From a virus: a DNA stretch of 64,000 nucleotides. The stretch lies in the IMG/VR virus record IMGVR_UViG_3300020183_000007, positions 1-64,000 of that record; one strand, written 5' to 3'. The position numbers and the translations under genes are program-made. The stretch's first letter is position 1. Every line of letters begins with the position of its first letter. The notes beneath the pieces are model-generated. The model was given only the letters and a program-made list of their open reading frames with translations. It was not told the DNA's origin and searched no databases. Positions 29,851 through 41,500 of the stretch are shown piece by piece.

Positions 29851-30218
29851 GAGCTAACCATAAAATTAGGAATTCCAGTATTAACAGTATTGTAATATCT
29901 ATAATTCCCCATATTACCTGCATCATTATAAAAGTTTATAATATATGGCTTTGTTTCATTGCTGTCGCGAAAACCAATTAAACATCTACTGCCTGGAGTG
30001 GGAGCCACAGCCTGAACGCCATTGGTTACTGGACAAACAACATTTTTTATAATATTACCTATATTTTGAGAATACTGATCTTCCAATACAACTACAGCCG
30101 TGTTTTGATGTTTGTCATAAGATGCTATAATACCAGGCCTATTCCTGGCTTTTTGCATTTCAGTGGCATCTATTTGATCTTGTATTTTTTTATCGAATTT
30201 AGGGTAATTAACTGGCAT
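29847..30218 (-). CDS. Probable baseplate spike OB-fold protein (gpV/gp45-like)
   Basis: GIIASYDKHQNTAVV...NVVCPVTNGVQAVAPTPGSRCLIGF. Confidence 0.65.
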   Translation of the reverse strand: MPVNYPKFDKKIQDQIDATEMQKARNRPGIIASYDKHQNTAVVVLEDQYSQNIGNIIKNVVCPVTNGVQAVAPTPGSRCLIGFRDSNETKPYIINFYNDAGNMGNYRYYNTVNTGIPNFMVSS

Positions 30219-30226
30219 TTTTGCTC

Positions 30227-32569
30227 CTAACTATCTCCATTTGCGTATTGTCTTGGGAATACTTCTCCGCTAATCCATCTTTCTATATATTTAGCTGAGT
30301 AGTTTGCTACTACTGGCAAAAATACAGATGGATCATTGGCGTATACATTTCTTATCCACCTTTTTAAATGTTCTGCTGTTTTACCCGTTTTATCAGTATA
30401 TACGTCTACTGCGTCCTGAAACTTGACTCCGCTATTCATCCAACCGTAAGCTTTGTATCCATCTCCCCAAACCTGAAATTGATATCCATCAAGTTTAGGT
30501 TCTCCAAAAGTTGGAAGTCTTCCTGTACGAGCAGTATAGGCTAACCAAGCCTGATTTCTAGGTATCCACAATCTTCTGTCCACCAATGGTCTCATCTCTT
30601 CTACTACCTTATTACTGGAATTACCGTTGTAAAATAAAGATAGATGATATTTATCATTTATAATTTTATTATACGTATCTTGAGTTGGCCTAGTTTCGCC
30701 TGGATAAACTGAGTCCCAATTAGCTGAAGCTATGAGCCATCCCTGCATCTGCGTCTTTCCATTTGTATCTGTTAATTCATAGGTTTTAGTTCCATGCGCC
30801 AAACCAGAACTTCTCGTATACCTTGGGGTACCACCAGAATATCCAAATCCACCAGCACCCATATTAATCTGTAAAAAGCCTAAAGAAATAAAATCTGTAT
30901 CACCAATATAAAATCCAGTAGGCCTACAATTACTTTCTCTTACAGCTACTGCTGCCAAACATGCTGCAAGTTCGGGTGTGCACCATGTTTGGGTCAAAAC
31001 ATCATAAACTCCATCTAAACCTAAACTAAAATCCCATTGCCCATAATAGTTTTGATCTAACGAACTAGCTGTAGTGCCGGGGTATAATCCTCTTTCAATT
31101 TGACGCTCCAAACTATCTACGGCACCAGGAAATCCAGATGGACGCGAGGTAACACTGCCACCGGAAACATTTGTCCCAGAAACTGTCATAGCTCCACCAG
31201 GACCAACATATTTACCAGCTCTCATTCCGCTAAAGCTTAAGTGTATGTGATCTCTATGACCTGAATCAGCGTGAAAGTTTAAATATTGTAAATATGGTCT
31301 ATTAAGTTTTATCGCAGCAGTCACTGGTTCTAAATCATCAATTATTCCCATATCAGTCTTAAGTCTATCGCTAATGACAATTAGATCTGGGATAAGGTAC
31401 TGGGGAACCTCGGATAAAGCTTCTAGTAATATATCTAAAGCAGAACCATATATAGTCACATGATTTGGTGAACTATGAGTTGTTTCTACGTCAAACGCTT
31501 CTTCATTAATTCTTCCAACTTTTCTTATATCTATAGCTCTACCGAAAGTATGATCTCCGGGAATAAATTTATCTGGCTTAATGTATTTTTCCTGATCTGG
31601 ATCTCTTCCCGCACCAAGACCACCAGATATATAGTAGTTTTTTTCGTGCAGGAGTATTAATAATTCTATCAAAGATGCTGATAAAAATGCGTTTGCAACA
31701 CCCAAAGTAGGATTTTGAACTATTAGGTCGTCGCTCAAAACTCTTTGGGTATTATCTACTTTAGCATCGGGGAAGTAAGTAAAAGATCCATTATAGACTT
31801 CTCTAGGGTCTGCTGCCCATTCATTCGGAATATCAAATCTAAATCCACCAATACTAGAGTAATCACCTATTTGTCCTTCATATTTTGTTCTAAGCAGATT
31901 CAACCTTTCTCTATACCAGCTTTTTTCTTCTTCTGTCATTTCCGCTATTAAAGCAACATCCCTTCTTCCCGCACTTTGCATCTCACTAATACCCGGGGAA
32001 CTTGATCCACCGGATCCTCTATTATTTTCTAACGGATTTCTGCTTTCAGAGGAAGTAATCATTGTATTTCTTATAATTTGCAAAGAATTTTCAACAAAAG
32101 TATTGCCAATATTTTTTCCGGCCATACTCTTAGATAGTATTTTATTCCATGCCGCAGCTCCGGTTAGAGTGGCATTATTAGAGCCAGTAGGATCCCCCTC
32201 GGGGCCAACACTAAAATCTGTTGCTTCAGGGTTAGCTATTGTAATGGTCGCATTTTCGGGAGTGGTAGCGGATGCAGCTGCAGCTCCGCCAGTAATCAAA
32301 CCATTTAAAGATGCAGATACACTTGCATTCATGGCTGCTATAGGATATTTTTTACTTCTATTTAAAACATCTCCAGCCATAACTCCAGTTACATCAAAAG
32401 AACTTAATGTTCTTCCTGTGGCAGGAGGCGCTAAAGAAGCGCTAGTGTTTAAAACTGGTGATTTTCCACCGGGGTAAAAATCCCCATGTATAGTTTTAGC
32501 AAAAGATGCGCTATCAGAAAGAGATTCATTATTAATATTAAATGACACAATAAACTCCCTATTGCCCAA
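30227..32569 (-). CDS. Tail-associated lysin: M15-like Zn peptidase plus lysozyme-like (SLT) domain
   Basis: DHTFGRAIDI...HRDHIHLSF (M15/LAS-type H-x6-D...H-x-H); AVAVRESNC...LGFLQINM (SLT ES and GxxQ motifs). Confidence 0.75.
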   Translation of the reverse strand: MGNREFIVSFNINNESLSDSASFAKTIHGDFYPGGKSPVLNTSASLAPPATGRTLSSFDVTGVMAGDVLNRSKKYPIAAMNASVSASLNGLITGGAAAASATTPENATITIANPEATDFSVGPEGDPTGSNNATLTGAAAWNKILSKSMAGKNIGNTFVENSLQIIRNTMITSSESRNPLENNRGSGGSSSPGISEMQSAGRRDVALIAEMTEEEKSWYRERLNLLRTKYEGQIGDYSSIGGFRFDIPNEWAADPREVYNGSFTYFPDAKVDNTQRVLSDDLIVQNPTLGVANAFLSASLIELLILLHEKNYYISGGLGAGRDPDQEKYIKPDKFIPGDHTFGRAIDIRKVGRINEEAFDVETTHSSPNHVTIYGSALDILLEALSEVPQYLIPDLIVISDRLKTDMGIIDDLEPVTAAIKLNRPYLQYLNFHADSGHRDHIHLSFSGMRAGKYVGPGGAMTVSGTNVSGGSVTSRPSGFPGAVDSLERQIERGLYPGTTASSLDQNYYGQWDFSLGLDGVYDVLTQTWCTPELAACLAAVAVRESNCRPTGFYIGDTDFISLGFLQINMGAGGFGYSGGTPRYTRSSGLAHGTKTYELTDTNGKTQMQGWLIASANWDSVYPGETRPTQDTYNKIINDKYHLSLFYNGNSSNKVVEEMRPLVDRRLWIPRNQAWLAYTARTGRLPTFGEPKLDGYQFQVWGDGYKAYGWMNSGVKFQDAVDVYTDKTGKTAEHLKRWIRNVYANDPSVFLPVVANYSAKYIERWISGEVFPRQYANGDS

Positions 32570-35500
32570 CTCTTGCGGGCATTATTGCTGATTCTTCGGC
32601 ACTGATGACAGAATTCCCCTCAATTTGAAGCTGCTTAGTATATACTGTAGCCAAGTTATTTGTTACCAATTCCCAATTTAGGGTAACAGGATGGCCATTT
32701 TCATAGTATTCATCCCAGAATATAGTAGGCCATTCTCTAGTTTTATTATAGGTAGATTCTAGTACTTTATACTGCACTAAATCGTTATACAATTTAATTG
32801 TTTCACTATTGGATAATCCATATTTAGTATTTGTATCGAGTGTTATGGATAGTGGCGAAGTGTAAACTAAGCCTAATGCTGAAAGCGCATTTAATATTGA
32901 GTCTTTCTTAACAAAAAGTGGTGAATCTTGATATATAGAGTTAAAGAATAATTGTTTTATTTTTTGCTCTGCGCCGGCGCCAATTTGATTATCTATAAAA
33001 CATTTTTCAACAAAATCTTTTGCTGCCTGGACTATAGACTCTGGCTGATAATACCATACTGTACCAAGGATTCTATTTGACTCTGTAACATCTTTAGTAT
33101 AGTTTGCAACAGTATTTTGCTCTGCCCCAGCCTCGAAATCAGATTCAGAAATAACAGAACTCGACGCTGCGTTGTTAATTCTTATTCTTAAAACTACTAA
33201 TCTGTTTTCTAATTTAGATTGTACGAATATCTTAGCTTTACCACCAGGAGTATTGATTGCAGTCATTTTCGTTGATGGCGTTGAGTCATTACTATAGCTA
33301 ACTCCTAAATCGCCATCATTTGATGTAACAGTAAATGTATTAATTTCGCCAGAGTCTATTCCATCAAATCTGACAGTAAATTTTGCCCCAGAAATAACAT
33401 CCTGTACATCAAATGTGTCACCATCTTTAAATTTTATAACTTTAGCAATAACGCTAAATAGTGAAGGTTGGAGATTAGTTTTATCTGGACCTAGCCCACT
33501 TAATTGTAGCACTCTTGCATGAACTAGAGCATTCTCGTAATCTATGTATCTTATTAGATCTGTTGTCTGCCTTTCTTGCCAACCTAAACTCTTCAAAAGA
33601 TCGTCGCTTCTAATAAAAATATTTCCTTCTGGTGTTCTAACTTTTGTCCTTGCACCGAGCAGGCCGGGGAGCAATACTTTAGAGTGATGCCTGCCAACAA
33701 CCATACCCTGATTATAAGATAGTCCAGCATCCATCGGCTGACCATTCTTGCTAAGATATTGAACATAACATCCGTGTTGGTCAAGAACATTGTCTCTAAT
33801 CCATTTCCAACCCTTCCATGCCAATTGACCAACTATTGGCACAGACAAACCCATAGCAAAGCCTGCTACTCCGGTAGCGCCAGCGCCAGCTGCAGCCGCT
33901 GCGATGCCCACTCCGCCAGTTAAGGCAGTAGTCATTCCCTGAAAAACAGATCTGCTAGCAGAAGAACCATATTGCTTAATCACAGCTTCTGCTTTTTGGG
34001 GAAGAGTTGTAGCTGTTTGATTTGCCATAATATCCTTAATTAAAGCAGTAGATCCATGAGTGTATTGTAATCCACCAATCATCTGGGGGCTTAAGGCGTC
34101 GGATAAAGCATCTACTGATACCATTCCGCCTAAATTAATGCCGCTGTTGGATGCCATTATATTATCCATATAGAAACGTGTATCATTTCTTAGGTTTTGC
34201 ACAGTGAACCATGAGTTAATCCATGAGCTCAAAAACCATCTGGCAGGATCGTTAACGGTCACCAAAGCATTTGGTGTAATCGATGTAATATAGCCCATTT
34301 CTGGAGTAAAGTGATGTACTATTTGTTCAACTTCAAAAATGCCGTACATTCTTTCATAAACATCCGACAAGTAAACCAGGTCATGCGGACGTATATCAGC
34401 ATTCCCGATTATAATTAATTCCCCACCATATATATCTTTAATTGATTCTCTCAGGTGCGCTAACGCTATTCTTCTAGCAGATAGTTCGTCAGGTGTGCCC
34501 TGAATATTTTTTGCTATACCCCTGACTGTTTCCAGGGGATGCATTAGTGGATGCAGCACACCGAGAAATCCAGATCCAACGAAATTATCGTAATACAAAC
34601 CTGTTTCAACAGTTTTTTCAGTTTGACGCTCTGCTGGCGCGCCTTTGTCTAGGGCTACTGTAATTGGATACTTGCCATCTGAGACAGCTGTAACAACAGT
34701 AGAAACTCCATTTAGGTTTTCTTGAATCTGATTAGATATAATATGAGAAAATGAACTTAAATAATGCAATCTTTGGAATGATTGCCTAACTTCCACAACT
34801 GGCTCACCATACTCACGAGTAAACGGATTATCTACAGCCCTCAATAGGCTACCCTCTCTTCCAAGCGAATAATAAATAGAATCATTTAGAACTTTATTTA
34901 ATATATGAGCTTGCCTACTAAAATTACCAACTTCGGTGATAGCATATCCCATTTGCATCATGGCCAATTTAAACATACCTAAAAGACCAGAAAGACCGTC
35001 GCCTATTGCACTCATAATTGGCCCTATGTTTCTATCATAGAAATTACCAACGCTTTCTGATATTCCACTAATAAAAGTAGAAGAACCAGTTCCTTCCGAT
35101 TTTGTGGAAACTAAAAGCTTCAGAAATTTATTTTTATCCTTAGCGTATTCACCATAAGGATTTATAAAAGCTTCAAAAATTTTATCAACAGGTTTGAATG
35201 ACCATTGCCCCTCAGAACCGCCTCCACCACTTGTTATAATTCCCCTTTTACGGTTGGGCTTTAATACTAACCATGCTCTACCATAAGCTGTACTCCAAAG
35301 ATTTTGTCTAAATATTCCAACCATTAAAAGAAATAATTGTTTTGGAGTTTTAATTTTTTCACTTAGAGCAATAGCCTCTTCAGGATTTTTTTTATTTTCT
35401 AAAGCGTACTCTAATATCGAGTTTGTAACTCCAGACTCAAAAAAGTTTTCTTTGATTCCATTAAGAGCGTCAGCAATAGTAGCATTAAAAAATTGTATTA

Positions 35501-38500
35501 TCCCTGTATCAGATTCTTTTTCTGCTGCTATTAAGTCTATATAGTTTTTTCTTATAAACTCTACTGCGTTTCTTCTTTGAGTAGCGTTTGTTGACGGAAC
35601 ACCTTGACCACCCATCTGTGGATTATTGGGTATATTAAAATAATCTGCACCTAACAAAATAGCTAATTCATCTACTGCGGTATTTTCAGTGTTAGATAAA
35701 CCTGCGATTGGAATGTTTGAATCCTCAAAATTACTAAATGAGTTTTCGTTTGAGGATCCTAATATTCTAGCAAATTCTTCTGGAAATGCGTCCGTTGAAT
35801 CTGGGTCCATTCCATAAATTCTTGCAAAAATAGCTTTAACGCTATCATATGTATGATAACCAAATCTGAACTGATCCCATATATCATTTGCTTGATTCAG
35901 ATTTCTTCCATTACCAGCTATAACTGATACATTCGGGTCAAAATTTTCATCATAATAAGATCGAGCTTCAACTGAAACAGAGTCCAAAGGGTCATATACA
36001 CTTAAGAATGCAGCTCTGCCCTTACTTGTCTTTACATCTCCGGTTGTACTCAGCTCTTCATCTAAAACGTCATATAAATAACTTCTAGAAAGTTGTTCAT
36101 TTCCTACTAGATCGGAATCTTCACTTGATCCTAAACCACCAGACTCTGCTGAGGAATTAAAGTTTGTAGCATCTAATAGTGCATTAAAGTAACCTATAAA
36201 TGGTTTATCTCTTCCGTCTGGAACTGCTAAAGCATTGCCGCCAAAATCAAATCTGCTAGAAGATATTTCCGCATTTATAGGAATCCACTCCGAGAATATA
36301 TTTGGAGGATCTACCATGTCCTCATCATAAACCTTAAATCTAGAGCCAGCTCCACCTTGAAGTTCATTTATTAAATCCTGAGAAGTTGTGCGTCTTGCTG
36401 TCAGTTCTGATAACTGACCATCTTCTGTCATTGTGTAATTTCCAAAACCAAGGATCATGCTGTCATCCGGAGATCTGGCTCCTCTTTCAAGGAATCTTTT
36501 TATCGGAGCTGCTGCTGAAGATATTACACCTACAGGAACATCGTCTGGCACAAATGCAAACATACATTCCACTGGCTGTGGATTTATACTTAATCCACTT
36601 TCATTTTCATAATTTAACTCATCTTCATTACCAAAAATAGATACATTTAATCTATCGGTAATTCTATTTCCTATATATATAGGAGCGCTAATATATTGCG
36701 AAACGTTTAAAGCATAACCAAGCGCAGTGCCTGCAGCGCTGCCTACAGCGCCAGCTGCACTTGCCATTGTATTTATCCATGATGGCAATTGGTTTAATAT
36801 ATCGGATTCCTCTGAGTTAGCGGTTAATTTAAAACTTAAATTTTTTGATATGAAGTTACCCAAATACCATGCAGCGTCTGGAGAAACTACAGCTGCCGCC
36901 GTATCATCATCATCTCCCCATAGGAAATATGCTGGAGCGCAAACAACAGCCCTATTAGTTCTGGGACTATAAACTAAGACTTTTCTCTTTTTATAATCTT
37001 CTGCTGTTCCATATAAATCCGTAAATCCATACTTTTCTTTGAACTTTTCCAATGTTTCATCATAGACAGTTATGTTATTAAAGCCCGAAGGAGCTTGCGT
37101 AGAAGAGAATCCAGGATTATATGGCCATTTCATAGCAATGTAAAATTGTTCTGCCTCTGCTGCTGTTTGCTGAGAGGCAGGGAGGTCACCGGGAGATCCC
37201 CATTCTTCATAAGATATCTGATTTGATATCTCATACTCAAACGAATAATCATCAGCATTTCTCTTTGCCTCAGAAGAGCTAACTGAGTATTGTGTAATTG
37301 CAGCTGGGTCAACAGATATGCTTAATCTATTAGCTAAAACAGAGGGCAGAGGCATTCTTACATACTTTGTATTTGCTCCACCAATAAAAGACAAACCATC
37401 TACATCAATAATATTATCAATAAAAGTTGAGAACCCCAAAGGACGATCTAACTCTAATATTCCAGAAGATGGCACTAGAGTTAGTTCATTATTTAAAATG
37501 AACTTGCTTTCATACTGAAGCAGGGTAAACATGTTGGCCATAAAAGTTGCGCCACCAAAAGATCTTCTATCTTCTGCCATTGCCTCATTGACAAACCCTT
37601 GAAATTCTTCGGCGTCCATTGGAACTTCGCCTTCATTATCTAGAAACTTTCTTCCAGATTTGCCAATATCCTTAAAATGACTGGCTGCGTTCTGAAAAAC
37701 TCCGCCGTCTCTAATACTATAAGATGTAGAGTCTAATATAATAGTTTCATTGATTGTGTAAAACGGGTACCTAAATCTTGGCGGAAGATTATCCAACTGA
37801 GCATGGGCTTTTGTCATTGGAGCAATAGTTGTAGTCGGATCTCCAACAGGAAGGTGGAAACCAACTCTTGTTAAGCCAACTACTGTTGGTAGTTTTGCTA
37901 CTACCACTTTAGTTCCGTCGTCTTGTGTTTCAGAAAAGCTTGAAGCTAATGGTGAGTTAAAGTTAATTAATTTTTCTTTCAAAAATGCCGTAGGCTTATA
38001 AATGCCCTGTGAATTAACTTGATCACTAGCTAAGCTTGCCATTGTATCTGACAGTTCATTAGATCTTTTAAATGCTTCATAATCAGCAAGTGTGTTACTG
38101 GATCTATTTATATTACTCATAATATTTTGAATATCTTCATCTGCCGAACGATATTTTGGATAGCCAGGTAATTCTAGTTCAGAGCCTCTTTGCGTACTAG
38201 GAAAACCAGTAGTTACAGGTACTACGCCCGAAGTGTAAAGCCAGTGAGGCTTACCATAAAATATTGTAGATCTATCTTCAAAAGGTCTAATGGCTACAAT
38301 ATAATTGGGTAACAATCTAGCGCAAACCTGGAATAAATCCCATACAGTTCTCATATATGTTTGAGCCCTGAAGGAGACTTCGTCAAAACCTGGTAGGTCA
38401 TCATCATCGTTTGGTGAAATAATACCCATTGTTCGGAAAAGATTGGTGCCACCTCTTCCTCTTAATATTCCAAATAATCCACCACCAGCTATTCCAGAAC

Positions 38501-41500
38501 CTATAGCAAAATTTACTCCAGGTATTAGACCTACAGCTCCAGCCAATCCACCCATAAGTATATTTTTAGTTGCGTTTGCCCTACCCTCACTAGATACTAG
38601 TTGATTTCCGGCAGTCATTGTTGAAATTGCTGTTTTGGCTGACACGGACTCATTTTGAGCTTCTACTATAAGACGATTCCAAGATCTGTCTCCGGCTCTT
38701 TCCAAATACGCTTGTCCTTTTAGTTTTTTACTATCTTCCTCCACTAAAGACGAAGCTGTCAACCATCCATCATCTATGTCTCCACCAAGGAACTGAGCAA
38801 AGCCTGTTCCATTTCCTGGATAAATATTTCTTTTGAAAATTTCTAAATCAACCTCTGCACAGAAGTTAGACATTAACTGCCCCATGCTAGTCATTATTCT
38901 TCCATCTCCAAAGAATGTGCTAACAGGGTTTCTTGTAAAAACATTAGTTGCCAACTTGAATGATGCCGCATTGGCAGCTCCGCCAACATCTCCTTGACCA
39001 AGATTAGAATAAACGCTTGCTACAACATTTCTTATTCCATCAGCTCTTGCCCTCTCTGATTCGCTTAATGGTTCGTATAGTGTTGAGCCAAAATGTCTAA
39101 TACCAAATCTATTTTCAGAAAAGACTGTTCCATTTGTAGCTCTAGCAAAAGCTTCCCTAAATCTTGATGCGCCCATTGAAAGCAATCTAACCATTAGGTC
39201 TCTAGGTTCAGACAAATACATGCCAGTATCTACGCCACCATCTATTTTACCTGTGTCGCCTTTTTTATTTGTAGAGTTAACTATTGCACTAAGCTCAATT
39301 GCATCAGACTGTGCTGTTACTGTAACAATTTCACCTTGCTCCACATTTGTTATCACACCATTGAAAACTGTTTGCAAAGAGTTTGGATTAGCACCATATC
39401 CAACCCTAAGATGAACGCGAACTCCAGGCTTTAATCTAATATTATTAATATCTACAACATAATCATTTCTCATTCCTGAGACAATATTTTTAGCTATATT
39501 CAAAGTTCTATCCAAAATAGATTCAATACCTTGAGTAAAGTCTATTGGAGCATCATTTGGTTGGTTATCTCTAGAATTAAAAATTTCAGTAGAAGGACGT
39601 GTAGTCAATTTTGAATACATATTTGATACTCTAAATATTAAAGTATCACCCAAGAGATCCTCTGAGGAAACAACGGAAAAATCTACTATAGACTGCAACC
39701 CATAAAAGTTATCGAATAATTTAACACCAGCAAAAAAACCACCTTCGTCAATTAACCATAACATGTAGGTGGGAAATGCCCTGATCATTCTTCCAGATAT
39801 ATCTCTATACTGTACATCGTTCATCATCTTTTGAATATGGCTACCAAAGGATCCATCATAAGCTTTTTGATACTTATTTAATGACTGAACACCTTCTACG
39901 CCGGTAAGGGCATTTTTGCAACCTCTATCTGGCGTTTGTGTATCCTCAACCTGATTCTCTACTAGTCTCTTGTCTCCATGGTCATCTATCAAAACATTGG
40001 CTCCATCAACTGTTAAATAAAATCTTCCATTGTCTTTATTAATATAGCCAAAATGAGTCCCTAATGCTGATTGCATCATTGCCGGAATGTCTGATCCGGA
40101 TCCAGCTTCTTGCGGATTTGTTGCTGGAATCAAGTATATAACTTTATGAAAATCAACTTCATCTGGATTAAAGCTGACTTCTGTTTCAGTTGCTAAATGA
40201 GAATTTGTCAAAACCTGTTTGATTAAATTTAGCGTTTCTGCACTACTATAATTTACATTACCAACGGAATAACCGGCTCCAGAAATTTCTTCAAATACTG
40301 GATTATCTTCAGTTGATTGTGCAGAAATAAAAACATAATCGGTTAATAAGGCTTGCTTTTCTGAAGTTTGAAACTCAGAAGTTTCTGCTTGTACCACTTC
40401 TTGGAAAAGACTAATAAAGTTATGAACGCTTATGCCGCTACTGTTCACATAGTCTATGATTTCGTCAATTAATATTTTATTATTATTTGCTCTTAAAAGC
40501 TGCGGCAATGGCTCATTGGCAATATCCTTATAAGCGTATCTTCTAAGAAAATCTGTAATTCTATTTTTAACTTGATTTTTTCTTATTTCTATACCACGCG
40601 CATCTCCCAGCTTAGCCCAATTATCACTATAATCAAATTTAAAATCTTTTGTTATATCTGGTTGATAAGTAAAGTTATTAATGACATCTCTGTCAAACAT
40701 TTCAAAACTTCTAAAATAGAAGTCTGGATCCAAATTGCCAACTATTTCATTTTCTTTATCACGAACTTCCAGCGGCATATCGGGATATGCATTAAATGCT
40801 CCCCACAACTGCTTAATTCTTAAAAATGGATTTCTTTTTGACCCAAAGTGGTCAATAAAATCTTTTTGCTGCTTTGATGAAAGCTTTTCTCTTTTTTGCT
40901 GAAATATGTCAAAGTCAACAAAACTTAATTGAACATTGTAAACATGTGGATAATTTGGTATTGTATCGACTTTGAAGTTTAATGGAATAACATATTTGAT
41001 TCCACATAGTGCGCTAATAATATTTTTAATTCCAAGGAAACCAATAACTCCCGTAGAGTGTTCAAGCCTTGCTAATGAATTGATATGATCAAAAATTGCT
41101 CTAATTTTATAAAGCTCTCTTTCACCAAAAACAGTCATTGATATATTGACATATGAATCTTTTCCACCTATATACTGATATGTTGGTTCCTCCTGCATTT
41201 GCACTTGCAACTTCGAAAGGTTGTTTCCAAGACTTACGCTTACACCATTAACTATAGCTTTTTTAGGGTCTAAATCAACTCTGTTCATTGGGACTTCCCA
41301 TTCCTGGAAATGGTAATCTCCCTCCCTTAAACGCTTTGCCTCCATAAGATTTTGGATATAGCCATCAGAAAAAAAGCGATCATACAGTGATAATAAGAAT
41401 GCATCAGTTACTTGTTGACGAATTTTTTTTTCGTCAGGCACGGCTGTTTCGGTGCCTAAAACTTTTCTTTTTTCAATCTCTTCGACAATCAAAGTTTCAA

